Positions 50,302-59,600 of a stretch of 64,000 bases of DNA are shown one piece after another. Origin of the DNA: Spirochaetia bacterium (GTDB taxonomy: Bacteria; Spirochaetota; Spirochaetia; DSM-27196; Salinispiraceae); NCBI GenBank assembly GCA_038204425.1, contig JBBRCZ010000002.1:128001-192000 (forward strand), in the 5' to 3' direction. Numbering within the stretch: the first letter of the stretch is position 1; each line of letters opens with the position of its first letter. The notes under the pieces are model-generated. The model was not told where the DNA came from. It did no database searches and saw only the letters and a program-made list of their open reading frames with translations. Position numbers and translations under genes: made by a program.

Positions 50302-51604
50302 GAATCACCACCGTTTTTACCCTCAATGGATACTCTTTGTTGCTTTGCGCTACATGCGGACACGACGACAAAACAAAGGTAACACCGCCACGGTTCTGTC
50401 GATAGTTGGTCTGAGTCTTGGCACCGCGGTTTTGATCACCGTAATATCTATCATGAACGCCTTTCAGATGCCTACTATTGAAAAGATACTGGCATTCAAT
50501 TCATTTCATGTTAAAATGGACAAGCAAATCTTGGACAAGTATTTGCCAGCAGGAAAAAACTACAGCGACCTCTTAAAGGATCTGAGCGGACTGCGTGCGC
50601 TAACCCCTTATCGAGACGTCCAGGGCATGATGCAAGGCCATTATAATCGGTCTTTAGCCGTTAACCTGCGTGCCGTCCCCAGTGGTCACTTAGAGTCTGA
50701 CAAAAGCTTTGCCGAGACGGTCAGATTGACCGAGGGCGACCTCAAGCTCAGAAAGGGCGAAGTTATTTTGGGTCGCCTCTTGTCCAATAGCCTTGGACGC
50801 GGTCTTGGCGACATGGTTGAGTTCTTAACCTTGCCTCCTGGTGCTGGGCTCTTGCAAAGCGACAAACAACTGTTAAAGATTGCGGGCATAATTGAAGTTG
50901 GCTATCCTGAGTACGATCAATATTGGGGTTTTGTGGCCCAACAGACTTTGAGTCAAGCCAGTCAAGATCCAAGTGATGTACAGATAGGTTTTATCCTAGA
51001 TCAAAGCGAGCGAGACACCGATTTTATCCAAGAACTAATTACCCATTTATCTAACGGAAACAGCCAAATCCGCGATCAGTTAAAAACTCAGATTCACTCT
51101 TGGCGCAGCTATAACAGTGCCATTTATGGTGCTCTGCGAGTTGAAAAACTGATGATTATGTTAATCATTGGACTAATATTTGTTGTTATGGCAGTTAATA
51201 TTTTTCACGGATTGCGCCGCAGTGTACTGGAGAAAACCGAGGACATTGGTGTGCTGCGCGCCATTGGTGCGCGTGCTTTTGAGATACGACTAGTCTTTGT
51301 TGGCGAAGGCGTCTTGATAGGCATCATTAGTGGCTTACTGGGTTTGCTGCTAGGCGTTCTAATTACGAGTCAGATTGCCAACATTATTTCGGCGCTCGAA
51401 CTGGCCTTAGGCTTTGTGCTGCGATTGTTCGGTAACTACGATACGATTAGCTTCTTCTACCTTGATCGCGCACCTTCTCATCTCATTTGGTCAGAAGCCG
51501 TTATCTCAAGTCTTTTTGCAGCAGCGAGTGCCTTTGCTGCATCCTTTGCTGCCTCTTTGCATATTAGCTCTATCCAACCAGCGGAGATATTACGTTATGA
51601 GTAA
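50258..51604 (+). CDS. LolC/E-family ABC transporter permease
   Basis: ALRY..SIVGL.LG..LI.V.SIMN; large periplasmic loop; EK..DIGVLRAIGA motif. Confidence 0.85.
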   Translation: MTGKFLPPAKSTNPKNHHRFYPQWILFVALRYMRTRRQNKGNTATVLSIVGLSLGTAVLITVISIMNAFQMPTIEKILAFNSFHVKMDKQILDKYLPAGKNYSDLLKDLSGLRALTPYRDVQGMMQGHYNRSLAVNLRAVPSGHLESDKSFAETVRLTEGDLKLRKGEVILGRLLSNSLGRGLGDMVEFLTLPPGAGLLQSDKQLLKIAGIIEVGYPEYDQYWGFVAQQTLSQASQDPSDVQIGFILDQSERDTDFIQELITHLSNGNSQIRDQLKTQIHSWRSYNSAIYGALRVEKLMIMLIIGLIFVVMAVNIFHGLRRSVLEKTEDIGVLRAIGARAFEIRLVFVGEGVLIGIISGLLGLLLGVLITSQIANIISALELALGFVLRLFGNYDTISFFYLDRAPSHLIWSEAVISSLFAAASAFAASFAASLHISSIQPAEILRYE

Positions 51605-52295
51605 ATCGTTTATTATAGAAGCCAAAGACTTGTGCAAGTCTTACGCCAGTGGCAATGAAGTTTTGCAGATTCTTGATCATGTTAATTTAACCATCCCTGC
51701 TGCCACTAGAGTGGTTGTTACTGGTGAGTCGGGAAGTGGCAAGACCACTTTTTTGAACTTGCTGGCTGGTCTTGATAAGCCCGACTCCGGTAGCTTGGTC
51801 GCAGGCGACTACGAACTGGTCAAGGCCAATGAGGAAACTATGGGACGTTATCGCAGCCATGTCATTGGTTTAGTCTTTCAATTTCACTATCTGCTTAAAG
51901 AATTTACGGCCCAAGAAAATGTAATGATGCCAGCTTTTATGACGGGAGTTCCAAAGGCTAAGGCTATGAAACGGGCTGCTGAATTGCTCGATCAAGTTGG
52001 GCTTAGTGAGCGCTTGCACCATTTTCCTTCCCAGCTCTCGGGAGGCGAACGGCAGAGGGCTGCACTGGCACGGGCCTTGGTAAACGATCCCGGCATAATC
52101 TTGGCAGACGAACCTACTGGTAACCTTGACGAAGCCAATGCTCACAAAGTGGAAGAGCTGCTTTTTACATTGGCTAAGACCTATGACAAGACCTTGGTGT
52201 TGGTAACCCACACCAGCCGTCTAGCCATTGAGGGCCAAATGCATTTGCACCTACGTGGTGGCAGGTTTGAAACTACCATGCAGGTCGGACGATGA
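51597..52295 (+). CDS. lolD: LolD-like ABC transporter ATP-binding protein
   Basis: [33 protein letters not shown] and VTH motifs. Confidence 0.85.
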   Translation: MSKSFIIEAKDLCKSYASGNEVLQILDHVNLTIPAATRVVVTGESGSGKTTFLNLLAGLDKPDSGSLVAGDYELVKANEETMGRYRSHVIGLVFQFHYLLKEFTAQENVMMPAFMTGVPKAKAMKRAAELLDQVGLSERLHHFPSQLSGGERQRAALARALVNDPGIILADEPTGNLDEANAHKVEELLFTLAKTYDKTLVLVTHTSRLAIEGQMHLHLRGGRFETTMQVGR

Positions 52296-53674
52296 AGATT
52301 AAAGCATCCTTGCTTTTGGCCGTGCGATACTTGAGTGCCAAAGGGCCCTCGCGGGCCGTGTCGCTACGTCGCATTAGAGGTGGCATCTTTGGCATCTGCC
52401 TTAGTCTTGTGCCGATGGTGCTCGTTTTTCAAGTTGCCAACGGCATGATAGAAGGCATTAGTTCGCGTTATATCGAGACAGGCACCTACCATGTTCAGGC
52501 TTGGCCAGTCTCGTTTAACTTCAACCGCCCCGAAGAACTTCAAGAAAAATTGGCACAAGGCCAGAAGAAACTCGAAGCCTTGGACTCGGCGGTTTTTGTT
52601 GGGCAAGAGCTGCGCATGACGGTGCTTGGAAGTTCTTCTAGTCAATCGCTAGGGCTTAGTTTGCGGGCTGTTGAGCCTAGCTTGATGAACGATCCTGGTT
52701 TTGTAAATTATATTAAACTCGACGAAGGAAGCCTTGATCTTTCTGACCCACAAACTGCCCTCATTGGTCGAGAGGCGGCCCGTCTTTTAGGCTTAAAGAC
52801 CGGGGACGACCTGAGAATATTGACCACCAGCACTGATGGCATGGGCATGGCTCCTCGCATGAGCCGTTTTAAAATCGGTGGCATCGTGTCGTGCGGCTAT
52901 CAAGAACTCGACAAGCTCTGGTGCTTTATCAATATTGAACGAGGCATTAGGATTATGCCGGCCAGCTCGCGTGAAAGCTTTTTGGCGCTCAAGATTGACC
53001 AGCCGTATAGACTCACTAACCCACTTTTTGCCAATCAAGAGACCCTTGCCGCCGCGCAGGCAAGCGTTGATCCTGACAAGCCTGATCTGATAGAAAGCAT
53101 TAGGCGAAGCCTTGGACGCGGCTGGCGCTTATACACCTGGTATGAGTTGCAAGAAGCCCAATACCTCAACTTTGTTACTACGCGCAACCTTTTGATTTTT
53201 ATAATGGTCTTGATGGTCGTTATTGCATCCGTTAACATTTGGTCGACCATGATAATGATGGTGCTAGAAAAACAACAAGAAATCGCCATTCTCAAAAGTA
53301 TGGGTGCCTCACCAAGAGCTATTTCGTTGATCTTCATAATTGGAGGTGGCGTCACCGGTGCAGCCGGGGCTCTTTTGGGCTTGTTTTTAGGAGTTATTAT
53401 AAGCCTGGGTGTCAACGAAATCATCACTGTGATGGAGTTTCTAGCCAACCTTTTCTTTAACTTTGTGGCTATTTTGCAAGGCAAGGCTGATTCGTTTATG
53501 TCCTTGCAGTTTTTTAATCCAGCCTTCTATTTGGAGCGTATTCCTATCACTATCCACTTTGGCGACTTGCTCTTGATGTTCTTGCTCACCGTGGGCCTGT
53601 CTACCGTGGTGGCATTTTTGCCTTCGCGTCGAGCTGGGCGTATGAGGCCGCTCGAGATCATGCGGAGAATTTGA
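52292..53674 (+). CDS. LolC/E-family ABC transporter permease
   Basis: Same topology as the first permease; EKQQEIAILKSMGA and PSRRA...P.E..R motifs. Confidence 0.85.
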   Translation: MKIKASLLLAVRYLSAKGPSRAVSLRRIRGGIFGICLSLVPMVLVFQVANGMIEGISSRYIETGTYHVQAWPVSFNFNRPEELQEKLAQGQKKLEALDSAVFVGQELRMTVLGSSSSQSLGLSLRAVEPSLMNDPGFVNYIKLDEGSLDLSDPQTALIGREAARLLGLKTGDDLRILTTSTDGMGMAPRMSRFKIGGIVSCGYQELDKLWCFINIERGIRIMPASSRESFLALKIDQPYRLTNPLFANQETLAAAQASVDPDKPDLIESIRRSLGRGWRLYTWYELQEAQYLNFVTTRNLLIFIMVLMVVIASVNIWSTMIMMVLEKQQEIAILKSMGASPRAISLIFIIGGGVTGAAGALLGLFLGVIISLGVNEIITVMEFLANLFFNFVAILQGKADSFMSLQFFNPAFYLERIPITIHFGDLLLMFLLTVGLSTVVAFLPSRRAGRMRPLEIMRRI

Positions 53675-53675
53675 T

Positions 53676-54197
53676 ATGGACGAACTGCAGTTGTGCGCCT
53701 CGTGTGGCAAAAAACTACCGTGCAACGATTTTGCCATACACAAGGGGCAGCGTTCTCTTATTGTTCAAATCTGCGACAAATGTTGTAAAGATCTTCATAT
53801 CAACAAAAAAGCGCATGGCTTACCGTTTTCAACCGGCGACTTGTTTACTCAAGTACTTGATCCCTTGGGCGCAAGTACGCGCGACCAAAAGACCTGTCCA
53901 AGCTGCAAAACAAGTTTTGAAGACTTACGCCTGCATGGTCGGGTGGGCTGCAGCGAATGTTTTTCTTATTTTCATGACGAAATTGAAGAGCTTTTGCCCA
54001 GAATCGCCAGCCGGCCTCGCCACGAAGGGTCAGTTCCGCAACGACTGCATACAATAAGGCGCGTGCTGGTAGAAAAAAGCAATCTCAAAGAACGCTTGGA
54101 CATGGCGCTCGCGGCCGAAGACTACGAGTCGGCCGCCCAACTTCGCGACGCCATCCACGAAATAGATGGTGAAGGAGGTGCATATGACGGTGCCTGA
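53676..54197 (+). CDS. mcsA: McsA-like protein (CxxC motifs and UVR domain)
   Basis: Four CxxC motifs, GRVGC and H.G..P motifs, EDYESAAQLRD UVR motif. Confidence 0.85.
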   Translation: MDELQLCASCGKKLPCNDFAIHKGQRSLIVQICDKCCKDLHINKKAHGLPFSTGDLFTQVLDPLGASTRDQKTCPSCKTSFEDLRLHGRVGCSECFSYFHDEIEELLPRIASRPRHEGSVPQRLHTIRRVLVEKSNLKERLDMALAAEDYESAAQLRDAIHEIDGEGGAYDGA

Positions 54198-55245
54198 GGC
54201 CTTGGCAGGTAAGTGGTTTATGCGCCCAAGCTCTACTGCAGTTGTAGCCTCCTTGCTTGATCTACGTCGCAACTGTGCTGACCTGCCCTTTGGTCACAAA
54301 GCAAGTCGCCAAGATAAGATTAAGCTATTAAGTCGCAGTGATATCTTTTTTCGTATGCGTAGCGCGAGTGACGGAGGACCTTTTCTCAATCCTTTTGAAA
54401 CAAAAAATAAGCACCGAGACCAAAGGTCTATCCTAAAAAACTGGTTTGTTCCCTTGCCTGATGAAGCAAATTTGAGCGAGCGTTTGTTTCTCGGCGCCAA
54501 AGGGGATCAAGGTGTCTTGGTCAACCAAGAACACCACTATTTGGTCTTTGGTCTGGAAATGGGACAAGGTGTAGGAACAATTTACCAACGACTCTCTTTT
54601 TTGTCGCGACACTTAGAACAAATAGCTCCTTTTGCGGTTAGTTTGGAATGGGGTTACCTGGGCCCACAGCTGGCCTGTCTAGGCACAGCCATGCGCGCCC
54701 GCATGGTGATCCACCTGCCTGCTTTGTCCCAAGATGCTGATTTTGAGGCTCTGTCTGCTGCTCTTGCTGAAGAAGGCCAGGAGCTCAATCGATTTGCACC
54801 CAGCGAAGCCTACCTTGATGCGGGGTTGTTTATGATTGGTAACGAAGTAACTTTAGGTGTTTCTGAAGAAGAAGTCTTAATCAAACTTGATGAAAGTGCT
54901 AATCTATTATTACATTATGAAGAGTTGGCAGCCAAGGCAATTGCGGCCAGCGATTCTGGTGCGATGGATGATAGGGTTTGGCGTGCGCTAGGCTTGCTTA
55001 AGTCATCCCGCAAAATGACCGAGCAAGAAGCCCTTGGTCATATGCTAAGCTTGAGACTGGGTATTGCGGCTGGAATCTTGGATGCGACGTGCTATCCTTA
55101 TCTTAACGGAGTTTTTTTTGCCTTAAGTGACGAAATACTTTTTGAGGTACTTTCCGACGGCAAAGATAGTGGAGCGTTTGATGCGGAAGCGAGTCGCGCG
55201 ACTTTTTTGAGAGAGGTTTTTGGATCGGTTGCAGGCCATCTGTAG
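54184..55245 (+). CDS. mcsB: McsB-like ATP:guanido phosphotransferase family protein (degenerate)
   Basis: L.RN..PF, WGYL....LGTAMRA...HLPAL, N.VTLG.SEE and DRVWRALG.L motifs; lies between mcsA and clpC. Confidence 0.78.
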   Translation: MTVPEALAGKWFMRPSSTAVVASLLDLRRNCADLPFGHKASRQDKIKLLSRSDIFFRMRSASDGGPFLNPFETKNKHRDQRSILKNWFVPLPDEANLSERLFLGAKGDQGVLVNQEHHYLVFGLEMGQGVGTIYQRLSFLSRHLEQIAPFAVSLEWGYLGPQLACLGTAMRARMVIHLPALSQDADFEALSAALAEEGQELNRFAPSEAYLDAGLFMIGNEVTLGVSEEEVLIKLDESANLLLHYEELAAKAIAASDSGAMDDRVWRALGLLKSSRKMTEQEALGHMLSLRLGIAAGILDATCYPYLNGVFFALSDEILFEVLSDGKDSGAFDAEASRATFLREVFGSVAGHL

Positions 55246-55285
55246 CCGATAATGTTAGGGTTGCCAAAGTTTGGGGAGGAAGTCG

Positions 55286-57835
55286 ATGTTTAAAGGTCTA
55301 ACGCAGCGTGCACAAAAGGTTCTTACTATTTTGGCTCAAGATGAAGCTAAGAGATTTCACTCCGATCAACTTTTACCAGAGCATATTATGCTCGCTATCA
55401 TCAAAGAAGGTGGTGGGCTAGGTTTTAGAGCCTTGGTAAAAGCTGGCGTTGACCCTTCCATGGTTCAAATAGAACTCGAAAAAAGTGTGCCACGTAAGCG
55501 AGGTGGTTTTATCCTAGGAGACGTGCCACCAAGTCCACGCGGCAAAAGGGTCTTGGAAGAAAGTGCCGAAGAGGCCCGACTTTTGGGCCATGAATTTATA
55601 GGAACTGAACACCTCTTGTTGGCTTGTTCAAAAGAAGAAAACAGCGAAACAGCACGTTTATTACTGGGTTTCTCGGTAGCCTCTGATCTCTTGCGTGACA
55701 TTATTGCCGGTTTGAGCGGGATTAAGGAAGAAGGTGGCCACGAGCGAGGTAACGTCAGCCAGGCCAGTTTGGCTTCGGGTGGCAATCCATTTTTTGGATC
55801 AAGCTCCAACCCAGGTGGCAAAAAAAAGCCAGCAGTTGCCAACCCCGGCAACAAAAATACGCCAACTCTTGACGAGTTTAGTCGCGATCTAACAATTTTG
55901 GCTCGCGATGGAAAACTAGACCCAGTTGTCGGCAGAGACAAAGAAATTGAACGGGTGATCCAAATTTTGGCACGACGAACCAAGAACAATCCAGTATTGA
56001 TAGGCGAGCCCGGTGTTGGCAAAACTGCTATTGTAGAAGGACTTGCTCAGCGCATTGTTAGCTCTACCGCTCCCGATATCTTGCTCGATAAACGCGTGCT
56101 CACGCTCGACTTGGCGGGATTGATCGCCGGGACCAAGTATAGAGGAGAGTTTGAAGAACGCCTAAAACGCGTCATGAAAGAGATCATTAATGCTGGCAAT
56201 GTTATACTTTTTATTGACGAGCTACATACCATTATTGGAGCAGGGGGAGCTGAGGGCGCAATTGATGCCAGCAACATGCTTAAGCCCTCACTTAGTCGCG
56301 GAGAGATGCAGTGTATAGGCGCCACGACTCTCAATGAATATAGAAAGTATGTAGAAAAAGATGCGGCCTTGGAGCGACGCTTTCAGTCGGTTATGGTTGA
56401 AGAACCAAGTGTGATTGATACCATCTCTATCCTCAACGGCATCAAAGATCGCTACGAAGAACACCACAACGTAAGTTACACGCCTGGTTCGCTTGAAATG
56501 GCAGCTGTCTTGGCCAAACGATATATTTCTGAGCGCCAACTTCCTGATAAAGCTATCGATTTGATTGACGAAGCAGGCGCTCGAAAGCGCATCAATAATT
56601 CTGTCAGGCCAAGTGAGATTCAAGAGCTCGAGGCCGATATCGAACGCCTCAATCAAGAAAAAAACAGCTTAGTTAATAGCCAAAACTATGAACAAGCGGC
56701 CTCTATTAGAGACAAGGTGCGCCAGATCCGCCAGCGCTCCGAAGAATTACGGACGGCATGGAAGATCAATCTCAAGACCGAACAAAACGTGGTAGATTCC
56801 GATGACATTCAGCGCGTAATCTCCGACATTACCGGCATCCCTATTACCCGTATTGCCCAGTCAGAAAGCGAGAAACTGATTGGCATTGAGGCCGAACTGC
56901 ACCGCAGCGTGATTGGCCAGAACGATGCAATTGGCGTAATAGCTAGTGCAATTAGACGTAGTAGAACTGGTCTTTCTAGTCCCAATCGTCCAATGGGTAG
57001 CTTTATGTTTCTTGGCCCAACTGGAGTAGGTAAAAGCTTGCTTGCTAAGACTTTAGCTGAGTTTATGTTTGGATCTCGGGATGCGTTAATTAGAGTCGAT
57101 ATGTCCGACTTTATGGAGAAGCACAATGTTTCTCGCTTAGTTGGTGCCCCTCCAGGCTATGTTGGCTACGAAGAAGGCGGCATGCTGACCGAAAAAATTA
57201 GGCGGAAACCCTACGCAGTAGTTTTGCTTGACGAAATCGAAAAAGCCCACCCCGATGTCTTTAATATTCTTTTGCAGGTGTTAGAAGAAGGTGAGTTGCA
57301 AGACAATCTTGGTCACAAAGTAAACTTTCGCAACACGGTTATCATAATGACATCTAACGCCGGTGCTCGTGAGATTACCAGAGAGTCTAATGTAGGCTTT
57401 AAGACCCGGGAAATGGCGATGGACCATGCCGAAGTCAAGTCAAGCGCCATGAATGAGCTTAGGCGCATGTTTAGACCAGAGTTTATCAACCGCATTGACG
57501 AAATTGTTGTCTTCCATAGTCTGAGCAAGGATCAAGTCAGCAATATTCTTAATATTATGCTAGCAGATGTGCAAGTGCGCATGGCCGAGCGAGATATGAC
57601 GCTGGAGCTCTCCAAGCCTGCCCGCGAATGGATTATCAATAAGGGTTACGATGTCAAATACGGCGCACGACCTTTACGAAGAGTCATACAGCGCGAAATA
57701 GAAGACCCACTTTCTATGGAAATCCTAAAAGGTCGTTTTGGTGCTGGCAGTCGCGTTATCGTTGGACTAAAAGATAACAAAATAACCTTTGGTGGCATGC
57801 GCAAAACCACCAAAAAACTTATTGCAACAGTTTGA
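55286..57835 (+). CDS. clpC: ATP-dependent Clp protease ATPase subunit ClpC
   Basis: Clp N repeats, GEPGVGKT and GPTGVGKS Walker A motifs, UVR middle domain, VGF ClpP-binding loop. Confidence 0.95.
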   Translation: MFKGLTQRAQKVLTILAQDEAKRFHSDQLLPEHIMLAIIKEGGGLGFRALVKAGVDPSMVQIELEKSVPRKRGGFILGDVPPSPRGKRVLEESAEEARLLGHEFIGTEHLLLACSKEENSETARLLLGFSVASDLLRDIIAGLSGIKEEGGHERGNVSQASLASGGNPFFGSSSNPGGKKKPAVANPGNKNTPTLDEFSRDLTILARDGKLDPVVGRDKEIERVIQILARRTKNNPVLIGEPGVGKTAIVEGLAQRIVSSTAPDILLDKRVLTLDLAGLIAGTKYRGEFEERLKRVMKEIINAGNVILFIDELHTIIGAGGAEGAIDASNMLKPSLSRGEMQCIGATTLNEYRKYVEKDAALERRFQSVMVEEPSVIDTISILNGIKDRYEEHHNVSYTPGSLEMAAVLAKRYISERQLPDKAIDLIDEAGARKRINNSVRPSEIQELEADIERLNQEKNSLVNSQNYEQAASIRDKVRQIRQRSEELRTAWKINLKTEQNVVDSDDIQRVISDITGIPITRIAQSESEKLIGIEAELHRSVIGQNDAIGVIASAIRRSRTGLSSPNRPMGSFMFLGPTGVGKSLLAKTLAEFMFGSRDALIRVDMSDFMEKHNVSRLVGAPPGYVGYEEGGMLTEKIRRKPYAVVLLDEIEKAHPDVFNILLQVLEEGELQDNLGHKVNFRNTVIIMTSNAGAREITRESNVGFKTREMAMDHAEVKSSAMNELRRMFRPEFINRIDEIVVFHSLSKDQVSNILNIMLADVQVRMAERDMTLELSKPAREWIINKGYDVKYGARPLRRVIQREIEDPLSMEILKGRFGAGSRVIVGLKDNKITFGGMRKTTKKLIATV

Positions 57836-58769
57836 GTGATCCAAGGTCAGCTGCCGTCTGGTAGATCAGGCGGCATGACTGAATTTCCTCGGCGGAAAGC
57901 TTGCCTTCAAATATGGTGGCCACTGGTTCTCTGCTGGCCGTCTGGCCTGGTTTATGGATAAAACGGACAATGGTTATTGATAGCAAAAGGTCTTGAGCCT
58001 CTTTTGAAGCTATTAAGCGCATAAAGTTGTTGTCGGGTTCGAAGACGGCTCTAAAGGCTGGACGAGGTGCCAGATCTGCCCCAACGTTGATAGTTGAGGT
58101 AAAAAATCTGCTAGCTGCCGCTGACATTAACAGATTTTGATCGACCGAATTACGAAGTTCCAGCTCAATTCTTTGCTTGCCACTTGCAAGTTGAACACTG
58201 TCAAGCTTGACTGACAAAGAACCTTGAACCTGTAGTCCTAGTCTAAAGGCTTCGTCGGCGCGGCTTCTCAAATAGGCGTGTAAACCAGCTTTTTTGTAGT
58301 CGTTAATCTGGCTGTGCACATAACGAGACTGGTTGGGCACATCCCATTCCCAATAGAGGCCAGTGCCGCGCAGCACTCGCCTGTCGCTGCGACGAGGCTC
58401 CTCTAGAATTGAATGTGGCAGGGTTTCTATTCGTATGCCGTTGGACTGAACCAAATTGCTTGCATTGGCAACTAGAGCTGCATCCTTGATAGCAATTACT
58501 GCCCGAAGCTCTTCAAGCGCTGCTAGTAGGCGATTTATTTCACTATTAGCTAGCTCAAGTTTGCTGCCGTGTTGGGCTAAGTTGGACTTTGCTTGCTCAA
58601 GTTCTAGCTCAAGGGTATTGTATCTTTCTTGTTGGCTTGCGAGATCGGCCTTATGTTTGCTTAACGGAACACTGGCACACGAAGCAAGTATTAGACAGCC
58701 GGTTACCAGAACAGCTTGGACAAAGCACAGGCTTCCATTTCTATTTACAAAAGACGCTAAATTCTTCAT
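57819..58769 (-). CDS. Putative lipoprotein with coiled coil
   Basis: Lipobox-like ILASC followed by a heptad-rich segment; the 3' end overlaps clpC by 17 bp. Confidence 0.6.
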   Translation of the reverse strand: MKNLASFVNRNGSLCFVQAVLVTGCLILASCASVPLSKHKADLASQQERYNTLELELEQAKSNLAQHGSKLELANSEINRLLAALEELRAVIAIKDAALVANASNLVQSNGIRIETLPHSILEEPRRSDRRVLRGTGLYWEWDVPNQSRYVHSQINDYKKAGLHAYLRSRADEAFRLGLQVQGSLSVKLDSVQLASGKQRIELELRNSVDQNLLMSAAASRFFTSTINVGADLAPRPAFRAVFEPDNNFMRLIASKEAQDLLLSITIVRFIHKPGQTASREPVATIFEGKLSAEEIQSCRLIYQTAADLGSLKLLQ

Positions 58770-58773
58770 ACCC

Positions 58774-59580
58774 TTACACTATAGTATATCCGGCGGCAAT
58801 TAGGAAATTACCAAAGAACATGGTAGCCGCAAGCAAATATTCGTTCTTCATAGCAAAAAACTGACGACTGAGACTTATTCGGTCTAAATTTCCCAAGAAG
58901 GTATCTTCTTTTTGAAGAGCTTCCAGCAAGTCTGCATCAATTTCTACATGACCTTGAATGCCCCAAGCTCGATTGGCTGTCTTGATGATTTGATGGGTGC
59001 AAAAAATGCCACTGGCTAATAGTTGAATTGTGTCATGGGCCAAGATAGTTTCGCCATGCAGTTGAAAAAGTGGAATATAGGGGTTTACACCAACACGATT
59101 GGCGGCAAAAACTTTGTCGTATCCAACAAACAAGGCATCACGACTGGCGTCCGAACTTGGCAACACACCATATGGCCGATTATCTGGAGCAAGTATGCCA
59201 ACCTCACGTAAGGCGTGTTTCTGTACTTTTGCCCCGTTTGCTTTGGCTAGAAGCTGCATACCCAAACAAATACCCAAGATGGGTAGGTCGTTTGCATTTA
59301 ACTCTTTTATAAAGTCAAGCTGGGCGAGAATCTCCGGGCTTTCATCATTGGCACTGGCCGGACCGCCGAGAATTACTACCGCGCGAAGTTCATTAAGTTG
59401 GGGAAGTGGGTCACCCAAACTTAGATCTACAATCCAATAGGGAATCTTCCAATTTTGGCAAAGAGTCTCAAAGGCACCCGCACCTTCATAAGAACAGTTC
59501 TTAATGAAAACCAAGGCTGGTTCACTGGGTTGCTTTGGTGCTTTGATTCTTTTTTTATACATGGCCATATTATTGCTCAA
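58774..59580 (-). CDS. Type 1 glutamine amidotransferase (GMP synthase-like, stand-alone)
   Basis: ILGGP, LGICLGMQLLA nucleophile elbow and QGHVE motifs. Confidence 0.88.
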   Translation of the reverse strand: MSNNMAMYKKRIKAPKQPSEPALVFIKNCSYEGAGAFETLCQNWKIPYWIVDLSLGDPLPQLNELRAVVILGGPASANDESPEILAQLDFIKELNANDLPILGICLGMQLLAKANGAKVQKHALREVGILAPDNRPYGVLPSSDASRDALFVGYDKVFAANRVGVNPYIPLFQLHGETILAHDTIQLLASGIFCTHQIIKTANRAWGIQGHVEIDADLLEALQKEDTFLGNLDRISLSRQFFAMKNEYLLAATMFFGNFLIAAGYTIV

Positions 59581-59600
59581 GTTTGGGCTTTGTACAACAT

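Noticed and set aside
55465..57528. Antisense ORFs over clpC
   Set aside because: Shadow frames of a conserved gene with no independent evidence.
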